From Treponema sp. (GTDB lineage Bacteria > Spirochaetota > Spirochaetia > Treponematales > Breznakiellaceae), in the NCBI GenBank assembly GCA_003245635.1, contig QKCO01000016.1, positions 1 to 46,321 on the forward strand: DNA of 46,321 nucleotides. The letters are read 5' to 3'. Position numbers and translations under genes: made by a program. Positions 18,836 through 28,347 of the stretch are shown piece after piece (position 1 is the stretch's first letter; each line of letters opens with the position of its first letter). Under the pieces are notes generated by a model. That model searched no databases, was not told the DNA's origin, and saw nothing but the letters and a program-made list of their open reading frames with translations.

Positions 18836-20142
18836 TGACGCTGACCGCAGGAACCGTTTTCTTCATTATGTTCGGCACGCTGCTGGTGCTCATCGCGCTC
18901 CGGGTCCCCGTCGCCTTCGCCCTCGCGTTCGCCGTGGTGCCCATCCTGATCATGACCCCGACGGTCACGCCCATCATGCTCCTGCAGCGCATGATGATGC
19001 AGTACGGATCGTTCATACTCCTGGCGATACCGTTCTTCGTGCTGGCCGCGAACCTCATGAACGTGGCGGGGATCACAAACCAGCTCCTGAAGCTGTCCGG
19101 CGCAATGGTCGGGCATCTTCCCGGAGGGCTCGGACACGTCAACGTAGTGGTGAGCATGATCTTCGCCGGCATCAGCGGTTCATCGAACGCCGACGCCGCG
19201 GGCATCGGCGGCGTGCTCATCCCGGCGATGCGGAAGGAAGGCTACGACGTCAATTTCAGCGTGGCGGTCACCGCCTGCTCCGCGGTCATGGGCGTCATCA
19301 TCCCTCCCAGCATCATCATGGTCGTCTGGGGCGGCGTCATGAACACGTCCGTGTCGGGCCTATTCCTGGCGGGCATCATTCCCGGCGTGATGATCGGTCT
19401 CCTGCAGATGGGATTGGTCTACCTCTACGCCGTAAAACGCCATTATCCGCGCAATTCGCAGTTCTCCTTCAAGGCCCTGGTCGAAGCCTTCAAGTCCTCC
19501 ATCCTAGCGCTGTTCACCCCGATCATCATCGTCGGCGGCGTCGTGTTCGGCCTGGTCACCCCGACCGAAGCGTCCCTGATCGCGGTGCTCTACGCCATGG
19601 CGCTCGGCTTCTTCGTCTTCAAGACCCTGAACGTGAAGACCTTCATCTCCGTGCTGGGAGACACCCTCAAACTCTCCTCGGTGGTGCTGTTCTGCGTGGG
19701 GACCGCGTCGATCTACGCCTGGGTCATGGCCTACTACAAGATTCCGGCCTTCCTGGTGAACGTCATGAGCGCCATGACGACCAATCCCTCCATCATGCTG
19801 GTCCTGATCGTCGGCGTATTCCTGATCGTCGGCATGTTCATCGACGCTGTTCCTGCGATCATCATCTTCGCCCCGCTGCTCAAGCCCCTCACCGAAGCGG
19901 TCGGCATCCATGCGCTGCATTTCGCCGTCGTCGGCTGCGTCGCCCTTTCCTACGGTCTGATCACGCCGCCGTACGGCCTGTGCCTGCTCATCGCCAGCGA
20001 AATCGGCGGCATCAACTGCATGCAGCCCCTCAAGGAAGTGGCCTCGTTCCTGCTGGCCATGCTCGTGGTCCTGATCCTCATGATCTTCGTTCCGGACATC
20101 ACCCTCGGCATCCCGAGGCTGCTCATGCCCAGCCTGTTCTGA
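18832..20142 (+). CDS. dctM: TRAP transporter large permease DctM
   Basis: 436-aa polytopic protein with DctM-family motifs; its start overlaps the dctQ stop (ATGA). Confidence 0.9.
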   Translation: MMTLTAGTVFFIMFGTLLVLIALRVPVAFALAFAVVPILIMTPTVTPIMLLQRMMMQYGSFILLAIPFFVLAANLMNVAGITNQLLKLSGAMVGHLPGGLGHVNVVVSMIFAGISGSSNADAAGIGGVLIPAMRKEGYDVNFSVAVTACSAVMGVIIPPSIIMVVWGGVMNTSVSGLFLAGIIPGVMIGLLQMGLVYLYAVKRHYPRNSQFSFKALVEAFKSSILALFTPIIIVGGVVFGLVTPTEASLIAVLYAMALGFFVFKTLNVKTFISVLGDTLKLSSVVLFCVGTASIYAWVMAYYKIPAFLVNVMSAMTTNPSIMLVLIVGVFLIVGMFIDAVPAIIIFAPLLKPLTEAVGIHALHFAVVGCVALSYGLITPPYGLCLLIASEIGGINCMQPLKEVASFLLAMLVVLILMIFVPDITLGIPRLLMPSLF

Positions 20143-20154
20143 CCGGAGCGTTCG

Positions 20155-21678
20155 ATGCAGAAACCTATACTTTCCGCCGCCGAGGCGGCGGCCCTGGTCC
20201 CCGACGGGGCCTGGGTCGCCGTCCAAGGGTCCGGCGGCGGCGTGGGGGAACCGACGGCCCTCCTCCGGGCCCTCGGAACCCGCTACCGCGAAAGCGGCGC
20301 GCCGAAGGATCTCACCCTCGTCCATTCCACCGGACTCGGCGATAAGAAGGAAATAGGCTTGGACTATCTGGCGATTCCCGGCCTGGTCAAACGGGACATC
20401 GCCGGCCACTTGGGCATGGCCCCCGCCATGGGAAAGCTCATACTGGAAAACAAGCTCGAATGCTACAACTTCCCCCAGGGAGTCCTTTCGCACATGTACC
20501 GGGCGGTCGCGGCCAAGACCCCCGGTGTCATCACGAAGGTGGGACTGGGGACCTACATCGATCCCCGCCTGGAAGGCGGCAAGATGAACGCCGCGACCAA
20601 GGAGGACCTGGTGGAGGTCCTGACCGTCAAAGGGGAGGAATACCTCTTTTGGCCGCGCTTCTCCTTCGACGTCGCCTTCGTGCGGGGCACCACGGCGGAC
20701 GCCAAGGGCAACATCACCTTCGAAGAGGAAGGCGCCTTCCTGGAGAATCTGTCCATCGCCCAAGCGGCCAAGAATTCGGGCGGAATCGTGGTGGCCCAGG
20801 CGAAATATCTGGCCCAGGCGGGCACCCTCGACGCCCAGCAGGTCAAAATTCCCGGCATCTACGTGGACTATATCGTCGTGGACAGCGAGCAGAAGCAGAC
20901 CTGCCTGGACGTCTACAACCCCGCCTACTGCGGCAGGATCAAGGTCCCCCGGGACAGCATTCCGCCGATTCCATTAGACGAGAGAAAGGTCGTCGCCCGC
21001 CGCGCGGCCAAGGAACTGTTTCCGGGCGCGGTGGTGAACCTCGGCGTCGGGTTCCCGAGCGGGATCGCCGCGGTCGCGACGGAAGAAGGCTTCATCGACG
21101 ATTTCACGCTGACCGTCGAGCAGGGGGCCGTCGGCGGGACTCCGGTGGGCGGGGTCGTGTTCGGCGTCGCGTACAACGCGGAAGCCATCATCCCCATGGA
21201 TGCCCAGTTCGCCTTCTACGACGGGGGCGGCCTCGACGTCGCCTTCCTCGGCATGGCGGAGGCCGATGCCCGGGGAAACGTCAATTCCAGCAAGGTCGGA
21301 GCGATGCTGGCCGGCTGCGGAGGCTTCATCAACATCACCCAGAACGCGAAAGAGGTCGTATTCTGCGGTACTTTCCGCGCCAAGGATTTCGCCTGCCGCG
21401 TCGGCGGCGGCAGCCTCTCGATCGAGAGCGAGGGGAAATTCCCCAAGTTCGTCGAGCGGGTCAATCAAGTCACCTTCTCCGGGGACTACGCCCGAAAGAA
21501 GGGCCAGCGGGTGCTCTACGTCACCGAGCGGGCCGTGTTCGAACTGTTCGCCGACGGCGTCCATCTGATCGAGGTCGCTCCCGGCATCGACCCGGTGAGG
21601 GACGTGGTCGACCTCATGGAATTCAAGCCCATCGTCGGTCCCGACTTGAAAACCATGGACCAGGAGCTGTTCCGATGA
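20155..21678 (+). CDS. family-I CoA-transferase, fused alpha/beta type (propionate/acetate CoA-transferase YdiF/Pct-like)
   Basis: 507 aa with typical fused family-I CoA-transferase N- and C-terminal halves (SGGGVGEP...; ...GMAEADARGNVN...). Confidence 0.8.
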   Translation: MQKPILSAAEAAALVPDGAWVAVQGSGGGVGEPTALLRALGTRYRESGAPKDLTLVHSTGLGDKKEIGLDYLAIPGLVKRDIAGHLGMAPAMGKLILENKLECYNFPQGVLSHMYRAVAAKTPGVITKVGLGTYIDPRLEGGKMNAATKEDLVEVLTVKGEEYLFWPRFSFDVAFVRGTTADAKGNITFEEEGAFLENLSIAQAAKNSGGIVVAQAKYLAQAGTLDAQQVKIPGIYVDYIVVDSEQKQTCLDVYNPAYCGRIKVPRDSIPPIPLDERKVVARRAAKELFPGAVVNLGVGFPSGIAAVATEEGFIDDFTLTVEQGAVGGTPVGGVVFGVAYNAEAIIPMDAQFAFYDGGGLDVAFLGMAEADARGNVNSSKVGAMLAGCGGFINITQNAKEVVFCGTFRAKDFACRVGGGSLSIESEGKFPKFVERVNQVTFSGDYARKKGQRVLYVTERAVFELFADGVHLIEVAPGIDPVRDVVDLMEFKPIVGPDLKTMDQELFR

Positions 21679-22454
21679 AATCCTCCGTCCGTGCGCGAAT
21701 CGAAGACGGCGTCGGCCGCATCCTGATGGAGTGCTCTGTCCCCGAGAAACCGCCGACCTTGGATTACGAGGTATTGGACGGCTTGGAAGCGGCGATCGAG
21801 GGGTTCGCAGATGCAGCGTCGGAAGGCGCCCTCAGAGCGGTCACCGTTGAAAGCGCGTCCGAAAAATACTTCGTGGTCGGCGCGAACCTGGAGGCCCTGA
21901 AGAAGATAGACAAGGACAGCATCCGCGCGTGGGTCGAGCGGGGGCACCGCGTGTTCAACGCGCTTGCGGATCTCCCGGTGCCCGTTATCGCCAAGGTTTC
22001 GGGATTCGCCCTCGGGGGCGGCCTCGAGCTGGCGATGGCCTGCGATTTCATCGCCGCCTCCGAGGGAGCCCGGTTCGGGCTTCCGGAAGCTGGCCTCGGA
22101 TTCGTGCCGGGTTGGGGCGGGATTTCGCGGCTCGCCTCCCGCGTCGGAGTGCCGCGGGCAAAGGAACTCCTCGCCACGGGGCGGATCGTGGACGCGGCCG
22201 AAGTCTACCGGCTGGGCATCGCGGACTTCGTCGGCGACGCCGCGGAGCTCGACGCCTACCTGGGCCGAACCCTGGATTCGATCAAGCGGAATTCCGCCCT
22301 GGCGATCTCGCTGACCAAAAAAATATTGAACGCGGAATCCGAGCGCCGCGCGCGGTCGGTCTTGGACGAAGCGGCCGCTTCCGCGGTATGCCTGGCCTCG
22401 GGAGATACCGCGGATCGTCTGGCGGCTTTCTTCAAGAGCAGGGAAAAGAAATGA
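21675..22454 (+). CDS. enoyl-CoA hydratase/isomerase (crotonase) family protein
   Basis: Start ATG at 21675 overlapping the previous stop. Crotonase oxyanion-hole region (KVSGFALGGGLELAMACDFIAASEGARFGLPE). Confidence 0.8.
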   Translation: MKSSVRARIEDGVGRILMECSVPEKPPTLDYEVLDGLEAAIEGFADAASEGALRAVTVESASEKYFVVGANLEALKKIDKDSIRAWVERGHRVFNALADLPVPVIAKVSGFALGGGLELAMACDFIAASEGARFGLPEAGLGFVPGWGGISRLASRVGVPRAKELLATGRIVDAAEVYRLGIADFVGDAAELDAYLGRTLDSIKRNSALAISLTKKILNAESERRARSVLDEAAASAVCLASGDTADRLAAFFKSREKK

Positions 22455-23314
22455 GAATAGACGGAACGACGGTCGTCTGCGCGTCATTGGGGTACCCGAA
22501 CAAGCAATCGATATCGCCCGTCCTGCACAACGCCGGGTATCGGGCGTTCGGCCTCAACAACGTATTCCTGGCGCTGGAGGTCGAGCCGGACCGGCTCGAA
22601 GAGGCGGTTCTCGGAGCGCGGGCGCTCGGATTCAGGGGCTGCAGCGTCACGAAGCCGTTCAAGGAAGCGGTCCTTCCGCTACTGGACCGTCTGGACGAAA
22701 CGGCTTCCGCCATCGGAGCGGTCAACACGATCCTGAACGAAGGCGGCGTTCTCTCAGGCTACAATTCCGATTGGATCGGAGCCGTCCGGGCGATCGAAGG
22801 AGCTGCCGGCGTCCGCCCCTCGGATGGACCGATGCCCGAACGGCTCTCGCTGGCGGGCAAGCGCGCCTGCGTCGTCGGGGCGGGCGGCGCGGGAAAAGCG
22901 ATCGTCTGGGGATTGGTCCGCGCCGGCTGCCGCGTCGTTCTTTACAACCGCGATCAGGATAAGGGCCGGGCCGTAGCCGGTTCCCTAGCGGTCGAGTTCG
23001 GCGGCGCTCCTTCCGCCCTCGGCGAAGGCGGCCCATTCGACATCCTGGTCAACGCGACCTCCGTCGGAATGGGCGACGCCGCGGCGCCCTCGCCCATTCC
23101 GGCATCGGCTTTCCGGTGGAAGCCGACGGTCCTGGACGCGGTCATCCACCCCCGAACGACCGCGCTGCTGAGAGCCGCCCGCGCTGCCGGCTGCGCCGCG
23201 GTACCCGGAGCGGCGATGCTTCTCTTCCAGGGCTTGTTCCAATTCGAACTCTTCACCGGGCGCAAGCCGCCGATCGAGACAATGCGGAGAGCCTTGGACC
23301 GGGCGCTCCGCTGA
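22451..23314 (+). CDS. shikimate/quinate dehydrogenase (AroE) family protein
   Basis: Start ATG at 22451 overlapping the previous stop. AroE-family motifs (SISPVLHNAGY...NTILNEGGVLSGYNSDWIG...VVGAGGAGKA). Confidence 0.8.
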   Translation: MRIDGTTVVCASLGYPNKQSISPVLHNAGYRAFGLNNVFLALEVEPDRLEEAVLGARALGFRGCSVTKPFKEAVLPLLDRLDETASAIGAVNTILNEGGVLSGYNSDWIGAVRAIEGAAGVRPSDGPMPERLSLAGKRACVVGAGGAGKAIVWGLVRAGCRVVLYNRDQDKGRAVAGSLAVEFGGAPSALGEGGPFDILVNATSVGMGDAAAPSPIPASAFRWKPTVLDAVIHPRTTALLRAARAAGCAAVPGAAMLLFQGLFQFELFTGRKPPIETMRRALDRALR

Positions 23315-23324
23315 CGCTCCGGAT

Positions 23325-23345
23325 CGGCGCGGAAATCGCGCGCCG
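23325..23345. terminator. GC-rich hairpin between convergent genes (weak terminator candidate)
   Basis: CGGCGCG-gaaatcg-CGCGCCG forms a 7-bp stem with no U-tract. Confidence 0.25.
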
Positions 23346-23363
23346 GCCGATTCAGCGAACCGT

Positions 23364-25373
23364 CTATCCGCCGCTCCTCCTGGGCTTGTACAGATCGCCT
23401 TCGCGGAAGGCCCGCCAGACGTTTTCGAACCAATCGTCGGATTCGGGAATCGGACGCCTCGGCAGCCATCGGGTCGCGAATCGGGCGCCGTCCCACCGCG
23501 TTTCCTGCAAGTATCCGAGCAATTCGCGTTTCTCGGGAATCGCATTCCACGCAGGATCGAGGGCCGCGTCGAGGCTTTCCCCGTCGGGACCCGCGACGAT
23601 CGCCGAACCGCGCGCTCCGCCGCCCGCCTCCGCGTACGCCGCGCACGCGTCCAAATACGCGGCGTGCGCGAGGACGAGCTGGCGAGCCCGCAACAAGCGA
23701 ACCAGGTCGCTGCGCGAGCCGACGACGATAGACGGAAAACGGTTCACCTGGTCGATCGCGTCCGACGCCGCCCGCCTCGCTTCCGCGGCTACCCGGATGA
23801 TCCCGCCGTGCTTATCCATCCGGGAACGGAATTCGCATTCGTACGCGTCCAGGCTTTCAGCGCTTTCGGCTGGACGCAGCGCGGTCGAAATGACGCGGAA
23901 AAGAGACTCGACGCGCGGTGCGGCGACGGAGCGCCAGGGAGCTTCCGCCGCGTCGCCGCGGCCGACGGCGCCGATTATCCGGCGCGCCGCGCGGAGGGCC
24001 CCGACCTGCCCGGAGTTCAGCGCCGCCCCTCCGGGACGATACACGCCATGGGAACCGTTGACCTCGCCGACGGGAAAGAGCCGGTCGATATTCACGGACT
24101 CCCACCAGGAATCGGCCGCGAGGCCTCCGTTGTTGTGCTGCGCGCATACGGCGATTTCGAGCATGCGCCTGGAGAGGTCGATGCCGTTCCGGGCGTAATG
24201 CTCGACGGCGATCGGATTCATCCGGCGCAGGCGATCGAGCGGCGCGCCGCTTGTCGCGCCCGACTTTTCGAGGTAGGCGAGGGCTTCGGGAGAGAGGCTC
24301 GCGGGATTCCAGCCGGACGGGTTCCTCGTGAAATCCATATAGACGCGCCGGCCGCGGACGAGCCGCTCGCGGTGCACGAGCAGATCTATCAGGGATGAGC
24401 CGTGGTCCCGTACTTTCCGGGGATCGAAGGGCCACTGATAGCCCTTCAGGAAGACGGCGCTGTCCCGCGCGCCGGGAGAAGGAAAAAACGGCGAAAGGAA
24501 CTCCTCCTCGTCTCCGTCCGGGCCTACGGAGACGTAGCGCGGCACGGCCTGCTGATAGGTGCCCGACACGTTCCATCGATATTCGATCGACGCCAGTCCG
24601 TATTGGCTTTCGGTCAAGTTCACGCAGGCGGCGCCCGCTTCGATCGCGAGGCCTATCGCCCCGCTCTGCACCGAGGGGTATACGGAAGACTCGTATAGGC
24701 CGCCGGGCCCGCCGACGCCGAAAACGACCGCGTCCGCGACGATGAGCCGCAGCCCGAACGAAGGATCGGACAGGCGGGACTCGTCCAGGAATAGCGCTCC
24801 GTAGACTCGTCCGAACTCCGCAACGAGGGAGACGGCGTGCAGCCCCTCGAGGATAGGGACTCGACGGGCGCGGACCTCGGAAAGGAGGCGCTCAACCATG
24901 ACTTTGGAGGTATACGGTCCGATGGATGTGCCGCGCTGCCGAGGATCGTGATCGGTCTTGTATCCGACGAAGCCGCCGAATTCGTTCATCGGGAAGGGAA
25001 CGCCTATCGAAACGAGATGGAAAAAGGCTTCCGCCGATCCGACGGCTTCCGCGAGGGCGATGTCTCCATGGACGGCCCCGCCCCGCCAGAGCGCGTCGGC
25101 CATTTCGTACGCGGAATCGCCGGAGCGGTCGGCGAGGGAAAGCCGATAATAGGTCTGCTTGTCCGAACCGGTATTGTAGGAAGTGCCGCCGGAGAGCGAT
25201 TCGGTGGCAATAACTATGTCGCGGGCGACGTTTTGAGGATCGGCCGCCGCGGCGAACGCGGCCAAGCGATCGGCGGCGGCCAGGGACGCCGCCCCGGAAC
25301 CGATGACGAGCACGCCGCAGCGCTCGACCGGAACCTCGATGCCGCCGACGATCAGGGAATCGCATCGCGTCAT
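23364..25373 (-). CDS. FAD-binding oxidoreductase, fumarate reductase / succinate dehydrogenase flavoprotein-like (AprA/NadB-like)
   Basis: 669 aa with an N-terminal dinucleotide-binding motif (GVLVIGSGAASLAAA) and the flavoprotein-family middle region. Confidence 0.7.
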   Translation of the reverse strand: MTRCDSLIVGGIEVPVERCGVLVIGSGAASLAAADRLAAFAAAADPQNVARDIVIATESLSGGTSYNTGSDKQTYYRLSLADRSGDSAYEMADALWRGGAVHGDIALAEAVGSAEAFFHLVSIGVPFPMNEFGGFVGYKTDHDPRQRGTSIGPYTSKVMVERLLSEVRARRVPILEGLHAVSLVAEFGRVYGALFLDESRLSDPSFGLRLIVADAVVFGVGGPGGLYESSVYPSVQSGAIGLAIEAGAACVNLTESQYGLASIEYRWNVSGTYQQAVPRYVSVGPDGDEEEFLSPFFPSPGARDSAVFLKGYQWPFDPRKVRDHGSSLIDLLVHRERLVRGRRVYMDFTRNPSGWNPASLSPEALAYLEKSGATSGAPLDRLRRMNPIAVEHYARNGIDLSRRMLEIAVCAQHNNGGLAADSWWESVNIDRLFPVGEVNGSHGVYRPGGAALNSGQVGALRAARRIIGAVGRGDAAEAPWRSVAAPRVESLFRVISTALRPAESAESLDAYECEFRSRMDKHGGIIRVAAEARRAASDAIDQVNRFPSIVVGSRSDLVRLLRARQLVLAHAAYLDACAAYAEAGGGARGSAIVAGPDGESLDAALDPAWNAIPEKRELLGYLQETRWDGARFATRWLPRRPIPESDDWFENVWRAFREGDLYKPRRSGG

Positions 25374-25529
25374 ACCATTGGCCCTCTCTTTCTATATCGG
25401 ATGCTCGCTACAACGATCGGGCGGTTCAGCCGGCCCGTCAAGGCGCAATCGGCGGGAAAAGCCGTTTGCGGCCCGATTCGATCATCGATGCAGTATTATT
25501 GAAGCCAATATCGTTCAAGGAGGAATCGC

Positions 25530-26321
25530 ATGGATCTCGGACTGAAGGGAAAGGTAGCCCTGGTGACCGCCGCTTCTAAGGGACTGGGCAAGGCGTCGGC
25601 GCTCGCGCTGGCGAAGGAAGGGGCGAAGGTCGCCGTCTGCGCGCGCGGCGAAAGCATCGAGACAGCGGCCGCCGAAATCCGCGCTTCGGCCCCGGGGGCC
25701 GAAGCGTTCGCCATCCGCGGGGACGTATCGATTCCGGCGGACGTCGAGCGGGTAGTCGCCGAAACGCTCAGCCATTTCGGGCGCATCGATATCCTGGTGC
25801 TGAACGCGGGCGGACCGCCGGCCGGAAACTTCTTCGACTTCGGGCCGGAGGACTGGCGGAAGGCGGTCGACCTGACCCTGATGAGCGCGGTGGGACTCCT
25901 GTACGCGGTGCTCCCGGGCATGCGCGAACGGAAGGAAGGCAGCGTCGTCGCGATCGAGTCCGTATCGGTCAAGCAGCCGATCGACAAGCTGATCCTGTCG
26001 AACTCCGTCCGCATGGCGGTCATCGGCCTCCTCAAATCGCTGGCGAACGAGGTCGGCTCCGACGGGATACGGATCAATTCGATCAATCCGACCTACACGA
26101 GCACCGACCGGGTGACGTCGCTGCTCGGCGCGCGGGCGGCGAGCAGGGGCACGAGCCTCGAGGCGGAGACGGCAGCCATGCAGGCGGCGATCCCGCTCGG
26201 CAGGCTGGGGACGCCCGAGGAATTCGGCAGGACGGTCGCCTGGCTCGCTTCCCCCGCCGCGTCCTTCATCCACGGCCACGCGCTCATGTTCGACGGGGGC
26301 GCGGTCAAGGCCGCGCTTTAG
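25530..26321 (+). CDS. SDR-family oxidoreductase (3-oxoacyl-ACP reductase-like)
   Basis: TGxxxGxG (VTAASKGLGKA), NAG motif, and catalytic tyrosine/lysine region; AAGGAGG RBS upstream. Confidence 0.85.
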   Translation: MDLGLKGKVALVTAASKGLGKASALALAKEGAKVAVCARGESIETAAAEIRASAPGAEAFAIRGDVSIPADVERVVAETLSHFGRIDILVLNAGGPPAGNFFDFGPEDWRKAVDLTLMSAVGLLYAVLPGMRERKEGSVVAIESVSVKQPIDKLILSNSVRMAVIGLLKSLANEVGSDGIRINSINPTYTSTDRVTSLLGARAASRGTSLEAETAAMQAAIPLGRLGTPEEFGRTVAWLASPAASFIHGHALMFDGGAVKAAL

Positions 26322-26330
26322 GGCGCGCGC

Positions 26331-26936
26331 ATGAGCTGCTTGGTTGGATCGGACGGGAAGAGCCGCTGCCCGTGGCCCGGCGAGGATCCCGAATACCTGC
26401 GCTACCATGACGAAGAATGGGGCGTCCCGCTGCGCGACGACAAGAAACTATTCGAGCTGCTGCTGCTCGAGGGCGCGCAGGCGGGCCTCAGCTGGATCAC
26501 CATACTGCGGAAACGGGAAAACTACCGCAGAGCCTTCGACGGCTTTGATCCAGAGAAGATGGCCGCGTACGACGAGACCCGTTTCGCACGGCTCCTCGTA
26601 GACGGCGGCATCGTGCGCAATCGGCTCAAGGTGCGCGCGTTCTCGACGAACGCGAAGGCGTACCTGAAGCTGACCGAACAGGAAGGCCGCTTTTCCGATT
26701 GGCTGTGGCGCTTCGTCGACGGGACCCCGATCGTCGGAGACTGGGAGAGGATGGACGAGGTGCCCGCCGAGACGGAGATATCGAAGGCGATGAGCAGGGA
26801 GCTGAAGTCTAGGGGCTTCACTTTCGTCGGCTCAACCATCTGCTACGCGTTCATGCAGTCTGCGGGACTCGCGGACGATCATCTTTCCGGCTGCTGGAGG
26901 CACCGGACGAGCATCGAACGCGCGATTCCGCTATAA
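26331..26936 (+). CDS. tag: DNA-3-methyladenine glycosylase I
   Basis: Strong similarity to E. coli Tag (YHDEEWGVP...KKLFELLLLEGAQAGLSWITILRKRENYR...GFTFVGSTICYAFMQSAGL), including the Zn-binding Cys/His. Confidence 0.85.
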   Translation: MSCLVGSDGKSRCPWPGEDPEYLRYHDEEWGVPLRDDKKLFELLLLEGAQAGLSWITILRKRENYRRAFDGFDPEKMAAYDETRFARLLVDGGIVRNRLKVRAFSTNAKAYLKLTEQEGRFSDWLWRFVDGTPIVGDWERMDEVPAETEISKAMSRELKSRGFTFVGSTICYAFMQSAGLADDHLSGCWRHRTSIERAIPL

Positions 26937-26945
26937 TCGCGCTCT

Positions 26946-27881
26946 ATGAATGAACACAACGAAGGCGGACGGCTTCCCGATTCCTCCCTCGCGGCCGCGA
27001 TATTGATCGCCGCGGTATGGGGCTTCAACTTCACCGTCATCAAGGTAGGAGTCGCGGGCGTGCCGCCGCTCTTCCTCGCGTTCCTGCGCTTCGCGCTCAG
27101 CGCGTTTCCGGCGATCCTCTTCGTCCGCAGGCCGCGGGGGTCCTGGCTTCCGCTGGCCGCCTACGGGCTGCTGCTGGGGGTCGGCCAGTTCGGGCTCCTG
27201 TTCACCGCGATCAAACGGGGCGCGCCGGCGGGCCTGAGCTCAATAATGCTGCAGTCGCAGGCCTTCTTCACCGCGATCATCGCCGCAGCCGTCCTCAAGG
27301 AGAAGATCAGGCCGACGAGCGTCGCCGGCATGATCGCCGCGGCGGCCGGACTGGCGCTCATCGGTCTGTCCGGTTCGGGATTGGGCGGCGGCTCGGCGGT
27401 CCCCCTACTGGTCATGGTGCCGCTGGCCGCTTTCTTTTGGGCCTGCACGAACATCATCGCGCGCCGGATGCCGGGCACGGGCGGCCTCGCCCTGGTCGTC
27501 TGGTCGAGCCTGTTCTCGCCGCTTCCCCTGCTCGCCCTTTCGCTTTGGCTCGAAGGCCCCTCCGCGATCGGCTCCGCGCTTTCCGCCCTGCGCCCGGTTT
27601 CCGTCGGAGCGCTCGCCTACCTGGTGATCGGATCGACCCTTTTCGGCTACGGTGTCTGGAACCGGCTAATCATGAAGCACGGAGCGGGGCGTATCGCCCC
27701 CTTCTCCCTGCTCGTTCCCGTGTTCGGCGTCAGCGCCGCCAGCCTCGCGATCGGCGAGCCCTTCTCTGCGGCGGACGCCGCGGCGTCGGCGCTCGTGGTC
27801 GGGGGACTCGCGCTCCACGCCTTCGGGGGAAGACGATGCTTCGGCGGAAAGCGCCCGTTCGGGGTTCGCCGGCGCGCCTAA
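26946..27881 (+). CDS. EamA/DMT-family transporter
   Basis: 10-TM protein with a duplicated EamA domain; 311 aa. Confidence 0.8.
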   Translation: MNEHNEGGRLPDSSLAAAILIAAVWGFNFTVIKVGVAGVPPLFLAFLRFALSAFPAILFVRRPRGSWLPLAAYGLLLGVGQFGLLFTAIKRGAPAGLSSIMLQSQAFFTAIIAAAVLKEKIRPTSVAGMIAAAAGLALIGLSGSGLGGGSAVPLLVMVPLAAFFWACTNIIARRMPGTGGLALVVWSSLFSPLPLLALSLWLEGPSAIGSALSALRPVSVGALAYLVIGSTLFGYGVWNRLIMKHGAGRIAPFSLLVPVFGVSAASLAIGEPFSAADAAASALVVGGLALHAFGGRRCFGGKRPFGVRRRA

Positions 27882-27910
27882 ACAAAAACCCGTTTCCGCT
27901 CCTTCGCCCC

Positions 27911-27959
27911 TTGACAGCTTGTACTACGCGGCCTAGTATTGTACTAGATGAATAGTACA
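27911..27959 (+). promoter_or_regulatory. promoter (TTGACA-17-TAGTAT) with overlapping inverted-repeat operator TGTACTA-N6-TAGTACA
   Basis: -35 at 27911-27916 and -10 at 27934-27939. The perfect 7-bp inverted repeat 27940-27959 spans the ATG of the YtrA-like gene, and a further GTACTAC copy sits at 27921-27927. The predicted TSS is within a few nt of the ATG. Confidence 0.45.
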
Positions 27960-28346
27960 AAGTCCGAAAAGCTAGTACGATTCACGCTCGACCCCGCGAG
28001 CGGCGTGCCCGTCTACCGGCAGATCATACGGCAGATCGAGCACTCGATCGTCGCCCGCAAGCTCGAGCCGGGGGACAAGCTGCCGACCATACGGTCCCTC
28101 GCGGTCGAGCTCAAGATCAACCCGAACACCATCGCGAAGGCGTACGGGGAACTGGAAATCCGCGGCCTCGTGACCACCCAGGTCGGCAGCGGAACCTTCA
28201 TCTCGACCAAGAAACCGGCGATGGAGGAGTTCGAGCGGGAGAATCTGCTCCTCGAGCGGACCGCCCGCTTCGTGCATGAAATGAGATCCCTCGGCGCGAG
28301 CAGGACGGAAATGATCGATCTCGTCCGCGACTTCAAGGAGGACTGA
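27948..28346 (+). CDS. GntR-family transcriptional regulator, YtrA subfamily
   Basis: 132 aa with a winged HTH (DKLPTIRSLAVELKINPNTIAKAYGELEIRGLV) and a short C-terminal domain. It is followed by an ABC transporter operon. Confidence 0.8.
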   Translation: MNSTKSEKLVRFTLDPASGVPVYRQIIRQIEHSIVARKLEPGDKLPTIRSLAVELKINPNTIAKAYGELEIRGLVTTQVGSGTFISTKKPAMEEFERENLLLERTARFVHEMRSLGASRTEMIDLVRDFKED

Positions 28347-28347
28347 C

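Noticed and set aside
19504-20763. 419-aa minus-strand ORF antisense to dctM and the CoA-transferase gene
   Set aside because: Antisense artefact; Asp/Gly/Arg/His-rich, no recognisable fold.
20460-22454. 664-aa open reading frame on the plus strand in an alternative frame across the CoA-transferase and crotonase genes
   Set aside because: Arg/Gly/Pro-rich low-complexity translation typical of off-frame reading in high-GC DNA. The annotated frames give clean family matches with start/stop coupling.
23857-24576. Arg-rich ORFs (for example 239 aa) inside and antisense to the FAD flavoprotein gene
   Set aside because: Internal alternative frames with extreme Arg/Pro content; the main frame carries the dinucleotide-binding motif.
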